NCBI GenBank assembly: GCA_041649555.1 | Contig: JBAZMS010000001.1 | Location: forward strand, 331,122-395,121 | Length of the DNA stretch: 64,000 nucleotides | Source: Candidatus Micrarchaeia archaeon | Lineage (GTDB): Archaea; Micrarchaeota; Micrarchaeia; Anstonellales; Bilamarchaeaceae | Reading direction: 5' to 3' | The notes under the pieces: model-generated | Told to the model about the DNA's origin: nothing | The model's database searches: none | The model's input: only the letters and a program-made list of their open reading frames with translations | Translations under genes and position numbers: made by a program | Part shown: positions 39,351 through 48,327 of the stretch, one piece after another | Position numbering within the stretch: the first letter of the stretch is position 1 | Layout of the letters: each line of letters begins with the position of its first letter

Positions 39351-39962
39351 ATGGCACTAAACCAGGCACAACTATTTAGACGCAAACAATTACTTGCTAA
39401 AAAACAATTAAGAGATTTCAATACTTTTCTTAAAAGGATTTTAAAATTTCCTATCTATATCGATCATATATCATATGATTCTGATCTTAAAACCAAACCC
39501 GCAAAATTAGAACATGCAGATAAAATCCAAAAAGTAACTGTCTGCTGTTATCATTATTCCTGTGATGCTGATTTAAATAAGATACTTGATGAAAATATAA
39601 CAATATCCATATTTTCAACTCAAAATGTTCCTTTTCCTGTTTCCATCTATAACTCATCGCTTACTTTCAAAAATCCGAATACCGTTTACCTGTTTGCACA
39701 ACAAGATTTAATAGATAGCGGCGTTTTAGAGATTGGCATTTTCAGATTAACAATTGAAAATCCATATTTTGGAATAATTTTTTCGGATATGCTGCGTCCT
39801 GTGGCCGATAATGGTCATATTGAGAATTTTAGAAAAATTCCATTAATGTTTAGCCTAAAAGAAGGAGAATTACTTTTTCAAGCGGGGTTTTCCAATCAAT
39901 TGCATACAAAATATATTAATTTGGACCAATTAAACAATGACTTAAAACCTTATGATTCATAA
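39351..39962 (+). CDS. Hypothetical protein
   Basis: 203-aa ORF preceded by a GTGAGGT SD-like sequence. Confidence 0.55.
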   Translation: MALNQAQLFRRKQLLAKKQLRDFNTFLKRILKFPIYIDHISYDSDLKTKPAKLEHADKIQKVTVCCYHYSCDADLNKILDENITISIFSTQNVPFPVSIYNSSLTFKNPNTVYLFAQQDLIDSGVLEIGIFRLTIENPYFGIIFSDMLRPVADNGHIENFRKIPLMFSLKEGELLFQAGFSNQLHTKYINLDQLNNDLKPYDS

Positions 39963-39991
39963 TTTCCTATATAAAAATTTAGGTTATATTT

Positions 39992-40243
39992 ATGGATTTT
40001 GAAAAAAGAGCCAAAAAAGATATTGAAAAGCTTGAAAACTTTATAGAATATTCCAGATCTTTGAATTTTCATAAGAAATACCCTAAATTATTTGAACACA
40101 TTTTAAATTATAAAAAAGATTCCGAGCATTATTATTTTAAAAAAGATTATTTTTCCTCACTTGGCTGTGCCAATTATGCTTATGGAATTTTGGAAGGGCT
40201 ATTGTTTAATGAAAAAGGAAAATACTTTCATGAAATTATTTGA
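39992..40243 (+). CDS. DUF357-family small archaeal protein
   Basis: NY.KDS.HY....DY..SLG..NYAYG.LE pattern. Confidence 0.75.
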   Translation: MDFEKRAKKDIEKLENFIEYSRSLNFHKKYPKLFEHILNYKKDSEHYYFKKDYFSSLGCANYAYGILEGLLFNEKGKYFHEII

Positions 40244-40655
40244 TTATTTTTTTAACCTCATCTAGAAATCTTTCTGCATCATTTATAGCCTCTGTCGCAA
40301 TTCCTTTTGAGCACACAGAGCCTTCATATTGAACCATACTTCTTGTTTGCCTATAATGTTGTCCAATTTCAGCAAATCTAACTATTACTTTATTATCCAA
40401 ATATTCATTTTTTATAAATTCAAACATGCAAAAATGGCTCCTTTCCTTGCACCCTTTCTTATAAAGCAATGCTCTTGCCGAATGAAAAATGCTTATATAC
40501 GCAGTAAGAAAAGATATGTCATATATTTCCGTACTAAAAACTATTTTTGCCTTTTTAAGATAGCTTTCTGCAATTTTTATCTGATTTAAAAGTTCTTCTC
40601 GCCCAACATATCCTTTTCTTAACTGCCCGGATTCAAAACACTCATCATAATTCAT
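40236..40655 (-). CDS. HEPN-domain protein (toxin partner of MNT)
   Basis: AY.SIFHSARALL, ERSH.C and R...QY motifs; 4-bp overlap with the MNT gene. Confidence 0.85.
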   Translation of the reverse strand: MNYDECFESGQLRKGYVGREELLNQIKIAESYLKKAKIVFSTEIYDISFLTAYISIFHSARALLYKKGCKERSHFCMFEFIKNEYLDNKVIVRFAEIGQHYRQTRSMVQYEGSVCSKGIATEAINDAERFLDEVKKIIK

Positions 40656-41212
40656 ATTGCATTACCCCAAATCAAGACATTATTTTTTTTAACTGAATTA
40701 AAAAAATCCGTTTTCTCTCTTTCTATTTTTCTCCATCTATCTAATGGGATTGCCATAACATTTATTTCTCTTTCAAGCTTCGAGCCAATATGTAAAAAAT
40801 CTTCGTTATTTATTTTTTGTTCATTTGAGGTAATAACCAAAATATCAAGATCACTCTTATTTCCATAATCTCCTTTTGAAAAACTACCGTATAAGGCAAT
40901 CGACAATACATTTTTATTTTTTTCAATAAATGGCTTGAGATATTGTTGATCGGATGCCAAATACGGACCGATAAATTTTTTTAGAATTTTTATTCTCTGG
41001 TCTTTTTCATTTATATAATACTGATGAATATTCCCTATTTCTTTCTTATTTAGCAATCCCTCTTCTTTATACTCACTACAAAATTTTTGGGCAGTTCTTA
41101 ACCCTATTCCCAATCTTCTGCTCAATTCGTTTATATGAATTTTTATATTTGGGTTTAAAAGAAAATACTCTAGAACGCTCCAACCTTTAAACTTGTTCCA
41201 TTCTTTAATCAT
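40652..41212 (-). CDS. HTH plus minimal nucleotidyltransferase (MNT) antitoxin
   Basis: N-terminal HTH (HINELSRRLG); LYGSFSKG...SDLDILVI. Confidence 0.88.
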   Translation of the reverse strand: MIKEWNKFKGWSVLEYFLLNPNIKIHINELSRRLGIGLRTAQKFCSEYKEEGLLNKKEIGNIHQYYINEKDQRIKILKKFIGPYLASDQQYLKPFIEKNKNVLSIALYGSFSKGDYGNKSDLDILVITSNEQKINNEDFLHIGSKLEREINVMAIPLDRWRKIEREKTDFFNSVKKNNVLIWGNAI

Positions 41213-41247
41213 ATTATATATGATACGATCGTATATTTTATAATATG
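41210..41247. promoter_or_regulatory. 38-bp imperfect palindrome over the MNT promoter and start (probable auto-operator)
   Basis: CATATTATA-N4-ATACGATCGTAT-N4-TATAATATG, all on one symmetry axis. Confidence 0.6.
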
Positions 41248-41269
41248 TTCGTTTTTTTTTTATATAAAT

Positions 41270-42703
41270 TCATTTTAGACCAATAAGACTATTTTTTCTT
41301 CCATTAATTTCCATGCTAATCCCATCCACTCTTTGAGTTAATTCTCTAATAGTTAACTCCTTTGGTTTTAAAACCGGAGTTGAAAATGTCCAGTATTCGG
41401 GAAATAAAGTCCACGATCGCTCAATATCTATTGTTATTTCCCGTCTATCATATTTTGTACCCGGAAAGGGCTTTACAAATGAAAACATTACATTTGATGC
41501 TCCCTGCTCTTTAGCAAATTTTGCATATTCCAAAACAGCCTCCAGTGTTTTTTTTGTTTCCTGCACAAACCCAACCATTATTCCAATATAAAAATTAATT
41601 TTGTATCCACTAAGCATCTTAAACAAAATTTTAAGGGTATTTTTTACTTCCTCCTGCGCCTTTATTTTTCTATACTTTTCCTCATTATGCATTATTTCAA
41701 GTATTGGGTGCTCAATTGGAATAAAAACATTATAACATCCATTATCTGCCAGTTCTCTAACAAAATCTTCTGTTATCGATGGATAATATAATCCTGCATC
41801 AATAACCCATTTAAAACTTAAATTTCTAAGCTCTCTAAACAAAACTTTTCTTTCTTTTTCAGGCAATAATACAATCTGGTCATCTTCTATTGCCAAATTA
41901 TCAAATCTAAGTTCTCTTATTTTCCTTAACTGTGTTTTTATCCTTTCAGAAGAAAATATTCTTATTTTTCTTCCCCACATATCAGTGCTTGTACAAAATC
42001 TACATCCCATGGGGCAGCCCCTTGAAATTGAATAATCAATAAATGCACTGCTTTCTTTTGATATTTTTCCCCAATGATTAAGTTTTGGGATATAAAGGCC
42101 TGAATCCAATAAATCAAATGCAGGATCTTCCAATTCATCCATATTTTTTACTGTCCTGTCTCTGCCGGTATTAATAATTTTATCTTCTGATCTAAATGCA
42201 ATTCCTTTGATTTTTTTTAATTCTTTTAAACTTGTTTTTTGTTCTAAAATTGAATCAACCAATTCAATAAATGGCAATTCCCCTTCCCCAAGAACAATAT
42301 AATCCGCTTTAGTAAATTCAAGCATATACCCAGGCATATATGTTGCATGATGCCCTCCAAGAATAGTAATTGCACCAAGTTCTTTTGCAATTTTTGTACA
42401 TAAAGCAGCATTTTTCCATTCAGAGGTAAATATATTTGAAATTGCCACTAAATCCCCCTGTTTAATCCCTATCTTAATTAATTTATTTTTAAGTTCATCC
42501 GAAGTAAGTCCAAATCCAAATACCCCTTTTTTAATTTCCTGTTTTTCTTTTCCTTTAACAACCATATCAATAAAATGGATATCTACTTCTGGAAAGTATC
42601 TACGCACCATACCAGCTAGACTAAGTAGCCCTAGTGGAGTTCCAGCTCTTATAGGATCCTTATTCAAAACTGTTCTTGGGGGATTAATAAATGCAACCCT
42701 CAA
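41270..42703 (-). CDS. Cobalamin-binding radical SAM protein (class B methyltransferase-like)
   Basis: FINPP, PLGL..LA, ILGGHHAT, GEGE and SRGCPMGCRFC motifs. Confidence 0.9.
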   Translation of the reverse strand: MRVAFINPPRTVLNKDPIRAGTPLGLLSLAGMVRRYFPEVDIHFIDMVVKGKEKQEIKKGVFGFGLTSDELKNKLIKIGIKQGDLVAISNIFTSEWKNAALCTKIAKELGAITILGGHHATYMPGYMLEFTKADYIVLGEGELPFIELVDSILEQKTSLKELKKIKGIAFRSEDKIINTGRDRTVKNMDELEDPAFDLLDSGLYIPKLNHWGKISKESSAFIDYSISRGCPMGCRFCTSTDMWGRKIRIFSSERIKTQLRKIRELRFDNLAIEDDQIVLLPEKERKVLFRELRNLSFKWVIDAGLYYPSITEDFVRELADNGCYNVFIPIEHPILEIMHNEEKYRKIKAQEEVKNTLKILFKMLSGYKINFYIGIMVGFVQETKKTLEAVLEYAKFAKEQGASNVMFSFVKPFPGTKYDRREITIDIERSWTLFPEYWTFSTPVLKPKELTIRELTQRVDGISMEINGRKNSLIGLK

Positions 42704-43884
42704 TTTTTCACCTTTAATTTGCCCTGATAATTTTTATCTCCTGCAAACCTGTCGCACATGCAACCTGCCCGCCATCTCAAATCCGCTAGTTTTGCCCTGT
42801 GCCTTTGATGATTGAATCTAAGCTCCTCCAAATTATTTTCCTTAACTCTCATTTCTTTTTTTTCAATTCCGATAAGCTCAAGTTCCTTTCCTCCAATTGC
42901 CTGTGCTGGTCTTAAAATTCCCTCATTATCAACTATTGCAGTGTAAACTCTTCTTGTGCAACTTTGCCTTACATAATAAGGTTTGATCATTTCCTCTTGT
43001 TCTGAATTCAAATCCCAGTAATCCCCAAAAGCGTATCTTCCGCTATGAATTATCGGCTCAACATAAGTTTTCAATCCATTTTCAAATGCAAACGGGAGTA
43101 TTATTTCCATAACCTGCCCAAAATTTATCTTTGCACCAACTGTTTGAATCCCGATTCTTTCTTTTGAAAAGTAATCTAAAAGTATTTTGAGGCTTTTTGG
43201 GATGAAGATTTTTTTATCTTTAAACCCCACCTCGCAGAAGTGTCTGACGAATCTTTCCAAACCCATAAGCGGCCGGGTCATTTCAAAGAAAAGTTCCGGT
43301 TCTGTTGCCCAAAATTTAACCCATATATTTACAGGATATTCCCTTAATTTTTGTGCAAACTTTTCATCAATTGTAAGCCCATTTGTAAAAAATACCCATT
43401 CCATGCTATTTTCTTTTGCATACTGGGCAATTTTCCAAAACCTATCATCAAGTGTCGGCTCACCAATTCCTGAAGTATATATTGTTTTTGCGCCCATTTG
43501 CCTTGCTTGCTCAAGGATTTGAAAAGTTTCTCCCCATTCAATTTCTTCCTCACTTTTTTTCCGATCCACATAACATATTTGGCAGTCCATCTGGCAAGTG
43601 CCGGTGAGCATAAGTGCTAGAATCCGTAATACATTTTTTCTTACCTGTGTTATCTCATTTTCCAGTTTCATTGTTCCAAGTTTTTTTATCTCCTCAAGCT
43701 TTTCAACCAGTATTCCTTTAGAACATCCAGGGAACTGTTCTATAAGTTCAAATAGTTCTTTTTCACCCCCTTTTTTTCTTGCAGCGTAAAAATCAAACAA
43801 AAGATTATTCCGGTACAATTCCATAAGTTCTGTTTCTCCAAATATCTGTGCTCCGAATATGTTTAAGAAACCGAATTCCTTCAT
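42700..43884 (-). CDS. Radical SAM protein with possible degenerate SPASM/twitch C-terminus
   Basis: CQMDCQIC, GEPT and FTNG motifs; few C-terminal Cys. Confidence 0.85.
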   Translation of the reverse strand: MKEFGFLNIFGAQIFGETELMELYRNNLLFDFYAARKKGGEKELFELIEQFPGCSKGILVEKLEEIKKLGTMKLENEITQVRKNVLRILALMLTGTCQMDCQICYVDRKKSEEEIEWGETFQILEQARQMGAKTIYTSGIGEPTLDDRFWKIAQYAKENSMEWVFFTNGLTIDEKFAQKLREYPVNIWVKFWATEPELFFEMTRPLMGLERFVRHFCEVGFKDKKIFIPKSLKILLDYFSKERIGIQTVGAKINFGQVMEIILPFAFENGLKTYVEPIIHSGRYAFGDYWDLNSEQEEMIKPYYVRQSCTRRVYTAIVDNEGILRPAQAIGGKELELIGIEKKEMRVKENNLEELRFNHQRHRAKLADLRWRAGCMCDRFAGDKNYQGKLKVKN

Positions 43885-44537
43885 TTGCCCACCTTTTGTG
43901 CTACGACAAACCAGAAATCGGTTTTCTTCACTGATCTGATGATCATTTCTATCTCGTTACATGCCTGCACTAGTTTCAAATTCCACTTAAAAAATAATCT
44001 CCTTATTTCCTCCATGCTGAAAAAATGGAATATGCTACTAGTTCTTGGCATTTTGTAGTCGTTTTCTCCAACGCATTCACCTTTTCTGTATTCATTGTCC
44101 TGTGTTGAGAGAAAAGTCCAAATGGAAATTCCATTGTCTTTTAGTAATAAATTTGAATTTTCAATTATATTACTTCTTTCTTTTGAATCTAATAGATGAA
44201 GAACAAAATTGCAAAAAACAACATCATACCCTCCTAAGTATTCTGCTGGAAGCGATTTAGTCAGGTCTACTTTTGCAGTATTCTCCAATCCATAACTTTT
44301 TCTTGCATTTTCTAATGCAATATCAGATATATCAAATAATGTCGGGTTAGCCCCGATTTCTTTAAAAAATGCTGAATTTCTTCCATATCCTCCTCCCAGT
44401 TCTGCAATTTTTTTACCACCTTGTATATATCCTTCAAGTACTGCTAATTTTGCTGCATGGCTTGGATCAGCTCCCCATATTTTTCCTTCCGCATGATACC
44501 TGCTGTCCCAGATTAGTTTTTGTTTATGTGCATTCAT
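43881..44537 (-). CDS. Class I SAM-dependent methyltransferase
   Basis: ELGGGYGRNS, DIS and YDVVFCNFVLH motifs. Confidence 0.9.
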   Translation of the reverse strand: MNAHKQKLIWDSRYHAEGKIWGADPSHAAKLAVLEGYIQGGKKIAELGGGYGRNSAFFKEIGANPTLFDISDIALENARKSYGLENTAKVDLTKSLPAEYLGGYDVVFCNFVLHLLDSKERSNIIENSNLLLKDNGISIWTFLSTQDNEYRKGECVGENDYKMPRTSSIFHFFSMEEIRRLFFKWNLKLVQACNEIEMIIRSVKKTDFWFVVAQKVGK

Positions 44538-44632
44538 GACATATTTTGTGTTTATTTTTTATATTAATTTTTTCTTTATTTTTTTCAACAAAATGATAAT
44601 ATTTATATATTTTTTCTAATAAATAAGTAAAT

Positions 44633-45625
44633 ATGTCAGAAAAAATCTCAAGGTTCAAATTTGATGCCATTGACCTTAAGTTGCTCTATGAGCTTGACTG
44701 CAATGCTTTTCAATCCCTCTCAAAAATTGCAAAAAAACTCAAAACAAAAAGGGATGTCCTTTTGTATAGAATCAAAAGGATGGAAAAAGAAGGGATAATC
44801 AAAGGATATATCGCATTAATTGATTATGGAAAAATAGGTTTTATGGCTGGCGTTATATACTTAAAATACCAGCATGAAAATGATAAGATTAAAAATGAAA
44901 TATTAGACTATTTTAATTCCGAGCCAAAGATATGGTGGGTTAATTCAAGGGATGGAAATTTTGATTTAGGAGCAGGGTTTTGGTTTAGAAATTTAAAGGA
45001 ATTTAGAAAAGCCCAGATCGAAATGATGAAAAAATATCTCTTTTATTTTAAGGAAATGAAGTCAAGAATATATACTCATATCCTGCAATTTCCAAGAAGA
45101 TACCTATCCAAAAATTTTCAGGATCTGCCTCCGGTGTCTATCTCCACCGAGGCCGATAAAATGACTGATGATACTGATGATAGGATTCTTTCAATTCTCT
45201 CGAAAAATGCCCGTATGCCGTATACGGAAATAGCAACCATTGCAAATCTTAGTGCAGCACAGGTCCATTATAGAATAAAGAATATGAAAAAAAACAGGGT
45301 TATTTTGGGTGCAAGACCAATGATTGACCGAAGTATGCTGGGATATCGATGGTATAAAGTCGATTTTTATCTGGATGATTGTTCCATAATGGATAAATTA
45401 AAAGCATATCTTTTAAGCCATCTAAATACAGTTTATGTATATGAGGCTGTAGGTGGGGCGGATATTGAGGTTGAATTTGAGGTAAAAAATCCAGAAGAAT
45501 TATCTAAAATAATAGGCCAGATAAAAAACAAGTTCCAAAATGCCATACGCTATACTGAATTTTATGAGTTTACAAAAGAGCATAAATTAATTTATTTTCC
45601 ACAGGCTTCACATTTCAGTCAATAA
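44633..45625 (+). CDS. Tandem (double) Lrp/AsnC transcriptional regulator
   Basis: Two HTH-RAM units (DLKLLYEL..N...LSKIAK; DRILSIL..NARMPY.EIA); divergent from the SAM operon. Confidence 0.9.
   Translation: MSEKISRFKFDAIDLKLLYELDCNAFQSLSKIAKKLKTKRDVLLYRIKRMEKEGIIKGYIALIDYGKIGFMAGVIYLKYQHENDKIKNEILDYFNSEPKIWWVNSRDGNFDLGAGFWFRNLKEFRKAQIEMMKKYLFYFKEMKSRIYTHILQFPRRYLSKNFQDLPPVSISTEADKMTDDTDDRILSILSKNARMPYTEIATIANLSAAQVHYRIKNMKKNRVILGARPMIDRSMLGYRWYKVDFYLDDCSIMDKLKAYLLSHLNTVYVYEAVGGADIEVEFEVKNPEELSKIIGQIKNKFQNAIRYTEFYEFTKEHKLIYFPQASHFSQ
45590..45605. repeat. Direct repeat copy A of cassette 2 (Lrp 3' end)
   Basis: ATTTATTTTCCACAGG, identical to 46912-46927. Confidence 0.88.
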
Positions 45626-46840
45626 GAACACATCCAACGGAATCATTGTTATTTTTTTTCCATCAATTATTTTTTCATCAAATGTGTTTTTTGTTATAAG
45701 CAATCCATTTTCTTTTTTATTTTTCCTTATAAAGTATAGCAAATTACTTAAATCTGCATTAATAATATCCGTTTGATATTTTACCTCGATAGGCTTTGTA
45801 TCCAGTATAAAATCAATCTCTCTTTTTTGCAGATCCCTGTAAAAACTAATTTTCTCTCTGCTTAATTTATCATAAACTGCAGTTTCAGCAGCCTGTCCGA
45901 TATTTGGATTTTCAGATAATGAACTATATATCGATGCTGTTTTTACAAAAATCTTTTTTTGTTTTTTTATAGCTTTCTGTAACGAACCTTTTGGATATAT
46001 TATATCAATCAAATATGCTTTTTTTAAGTATAACAAATAATCTGAAACAGTATGCCTGCTTATTCCAAGCGCCTCACTCATATTTACATCAGTAAATAAT
46101 TTTGAAGAATTGTTTGCGCAAATCCTAAGCAAATCATATAATTTTGATGGGTATTCTATCCTAAAAGTCGTTGGGATATCATCAAAAACAATTTTTTCTA
46201 TTGTAGTTGTTTTTATGTAATCCGTCGCCATCTTTTCATCCATTTTGATTATTTCCGGAAAAGAACCCTTTTTTAGAAATTCCTGGCATTCTTCAGCATA
46301 TCTTTTTTTTATCTTATATCTGTCATTTATTAATAATTTATCTAATTTTTTCCCGGTTAATTCAAGATATTCCCGAAAAAATAAAGGGGGCACATAATAT
46401 TCAAATAATCTGCCGCTAAGGCTTTCCATACCTTTTTTTATTAAAAGAGCTGAAGAGCCACTTACAATAAATCTTGCTTTTTTTTGGTCGTGGTATTTTT
46501 TTATAATCCCAGACCAGTCCCCAATTCTAAAAATTTCATCAAGTATTATCACTGGTTTTTCTTTTTCTTCAAGAAAGGAATCTATAACCTTTTTTAGTGC
46601 TTCTGCATTTAAATATTTTTTTTCATCAAATGAAAAATAAAAAGCTTTTTTTTCAAATAATTGTTTTATAAGGGTGGTTTTTCCAACCCTTCGCAAACCA
46701 GTTATTGCAATAATCAAGCCACTCTTAAATAAATTCTCAATATCGTAATAAGCATCTCTTTTATATTCTGGCAATTCCTCTTTTTCTCCTAAATTCATTG
46801 GGGAAAAATCCATTATTTCTTTTTTTGTAGGTATTGTCAT
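45608..46840 (-). CDS. COG1373-type AAA+ ATPase (AAA_14/DUF4143) with wHTH and PD-(D/E)XK-like C-terminus
   Basis: GLRRVGKT, ILDEI, ESLSGR, GSFPE and EIDF....PIEVK motifs. Confidence 0.88.
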   Translation of the reverse strand: MTIPTKKEIMDFSPMNLGEKEELPEYKRDAYYDIENLFKSGLIIAITGLRRVGKTTLIKQLFEKKAFYFSFDEKKYLNAEALKKVIDSFLEEKEKPVIILDEIFRIGDWSGIIKKYHDQKKARFIVSGSSALLIKKGMESLSGRLFEYYVPPLFFREYLELTGKKLDKLLINDRYKIKKRYAEECQEFLKKGSFPEIIKMDEKMATDYIKTTTIEKIVFDDIPTTFRIEYPSKLYDLLRICANNSSKLFTDVNMSEALGISRHTVSDYLLYLKKAYLIDIIYPKGSLQKAIKKQKKIFVKTASIYSSLSENPNIGQAAETAVYDKLSREKISFYRDLQKREIDFILDTKPIEVKYQTDIINADLSNLLYFIRKNKKENGLLITKNTFDEKIIDGKKITMIPLDVFLLTEM

Positions 46841-46847
46841 TATATAT

Positions 46848-46910
46848 TATAAGAGCACAAAACTTAAAAATGTGCTCTTATAAGAGCACAAAATCGAATA
46901 ATATGCTCTT
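46848..46910. promoter_or_regulatory. Tandem inverted-repeat operator array
   Basis: Two 29-bp boxes AAGAGCACAAAA-N6-AAT(G/A)TGCTCTT at 46851 and 46882; their junction forms the perfect 20-bp palindrome TGTGCTCTTATAAGAGCACA. Confidence 0.75.
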
Positions 46911-46911
46911 C

Positions 46912-46927
46912 ATTTATTTTCCACAGG
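46912..46927. repeat. Direct repeat copy B of cassette 2 (displaced Lrp terminus)
   Basis: Continues in the Lrp frame as ATT TAT TTT CCA CAG GTT TAA (IYFPQV-stop). Confidence 0.88.
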
Positions 46928-46928
46928 T

Positions 46929-48290
46929 TTAATCAATCTCTATTGGAACAATTATCTCTTCTTTCGTATATTTAATTTTATATCCCATCATATAATTTCT
47001 AAATCTTATTCCAATAACTGAAGCTATTCTGATGAATGCCAATTTGAATGAACTGCTGTTTTTTATCATTCTCAAAATCTCCTTTAATGTTCCAGTGATT
47101 GTTTGTGCAGTCCGATTTACAGTTCTAAAAATTTCCCTTGTTTTTTTTATACCCATTTCAGTGTTTACGACTACATCGTGCCGGTTATACCTAAAGAAAT
47201 TATTTTCTAGTATACTGCCTGATTTCTTCAGAGTCTCAAAATCCCGCGTTCCCGGATAAGGCGCATACATATGAAAAACACCTGTTAGATTATTTTCTCT
47301 AAATACTTTTGCCATTTCCAAAAGGCTGTTTTCATCCTGTTTTGGATGTCCGATTATTGCAGAATTCAAAACAAAAGCTCCATTCATTTGCTCCAAAACT
47401 CCAAAACCATTTTTCTTTCCCCGCAGTTCCACTAATTTTGGATCTTCATATCCAGTGAGAAATCCGATGCAAGTTCTTGACATAAGATCCCATATCCCGG
47501 GATTTTCAATTAGTTCTTTTGATGATCCCTCACCAGTCCAGAACTTTCCTTTCTTTTCAAGATATCCAAATATCTTTTCTAAATATTCAGGAGGATATAA
47601 TGATATATTGGGGTCTACAAAAAGTATCCTTGTTCCAACTCGGTCTAATTCCTCAATGACCTGTTCTGGATTTCGTATCCTTACTTTTTTGCTGCTTGGG
47701 GGCATCCCACAAAAACTGCATCCATGGGTGCACCCCCGTCCAAGCTCTGCAGAATACATAATTCCACTTGGCTTGTATGTTGCATCTGGAATAATATACT
47801 CATTTTTCAAATCTACTATTGGAGCTGTATATATCTGTCCGGTTTTTCCATCAATAGCATCATTTATTATTCTTAATATACTTCCTTCGCATTCCCCAAC
47901 AAAAATATTAGCATATGGAAACATTTTGCTGATTTTTTGTGGAATTAAGCTTGGAATCTGCCCTCCAATTATCAATGTTTTAAATTTTGCCCTTATCATT
48001 TCAATATTTGTTACCAGATACCCCAAGGCAATAGGGTCATTTATAGATATTAAAGCAGCTTGCGAATTGTCAGCTCCTTTAAGATCCCTCTTACTTGAAA
48101 GTTCGTATACTTTTGGTTCAAAATCACACTTTCGTATTTGAGTAGTTATTATTCTGTCAGTTATATCCACACCCCTATAAGTAATCCATTTTGCAATAGT
48201 TGATGGAGTTAATATATTTTCCTGCGTGATTTTCTTTCTTATCAATACTGCTATTTGTTCTTTTCTGTGTAGTTGGGCCATATCAGTCAT
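46929..48290 (-). CDS. Radical SAM protein with degenerate B12-binding domain
   Basis: IIGG, VGECE, GRGCTHGCSFC and APYPGT motifs. Confidence 0.85.
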   Translation of the reverse strand: MTDMAQLHRKEQIAVLIRKKITQENILTPSTIAKWITYRGVDITDRIITTQIRKCDFEPKVYELSSKRDLKGADNSQAALISINDPIALGYLVTNIEMIRAKFKTLIIGGQIPSLIPQKISKMFPYANIFVGECEGSILRIINDAIDGKTGQIYTAPIVDLKNEYIIPDATYKPSGIMYSAELGRGCTHGCSFCGMPPSSKKVRIRNPEQVIEELDRVGTRILFVDPNISLYPPEYLEKIFGYLEKKGKFWTGEGSSKELIENPGIWDLMSRTCIGFLTGYEDPKLVELRGKKNGFGVLEQMNGAFVLNSAIIGHPKQDENSLLEMAKVFRENNLTGVFHMYAPYPGTRDFETLKKSGSILENNFFRYNRHDVVVNTEMGIKKTREIFRTVNRTAQTITGTLKEILRMIKNSSSFKLAFIRIASVIGIRFRNYMMGYKIKYTKEEIIVPIEID

Positions 48291-48327
48291 AAATATTGTG
48301 TTAATAAATATTTAAAAATAGAACTAT

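Noticed and set aside
37455..39987. TTTAGGTTAT repeated before the 5S gene and before the DUF357 gene
   Set aside because: A 10-bp AT-rich match that would enclose the 5S gene itself; probably chance.
40215..41285. Direct repeats flanking the HEPN-MNT pair
   Set aside because: Only short AT-rich matches, not distinguishable from chance.
41270..45625. RiPP biosynthetic cluster
   Set aside because: No precursor peptide, PqqD/RRE domain, protease or exporter is identifiable.
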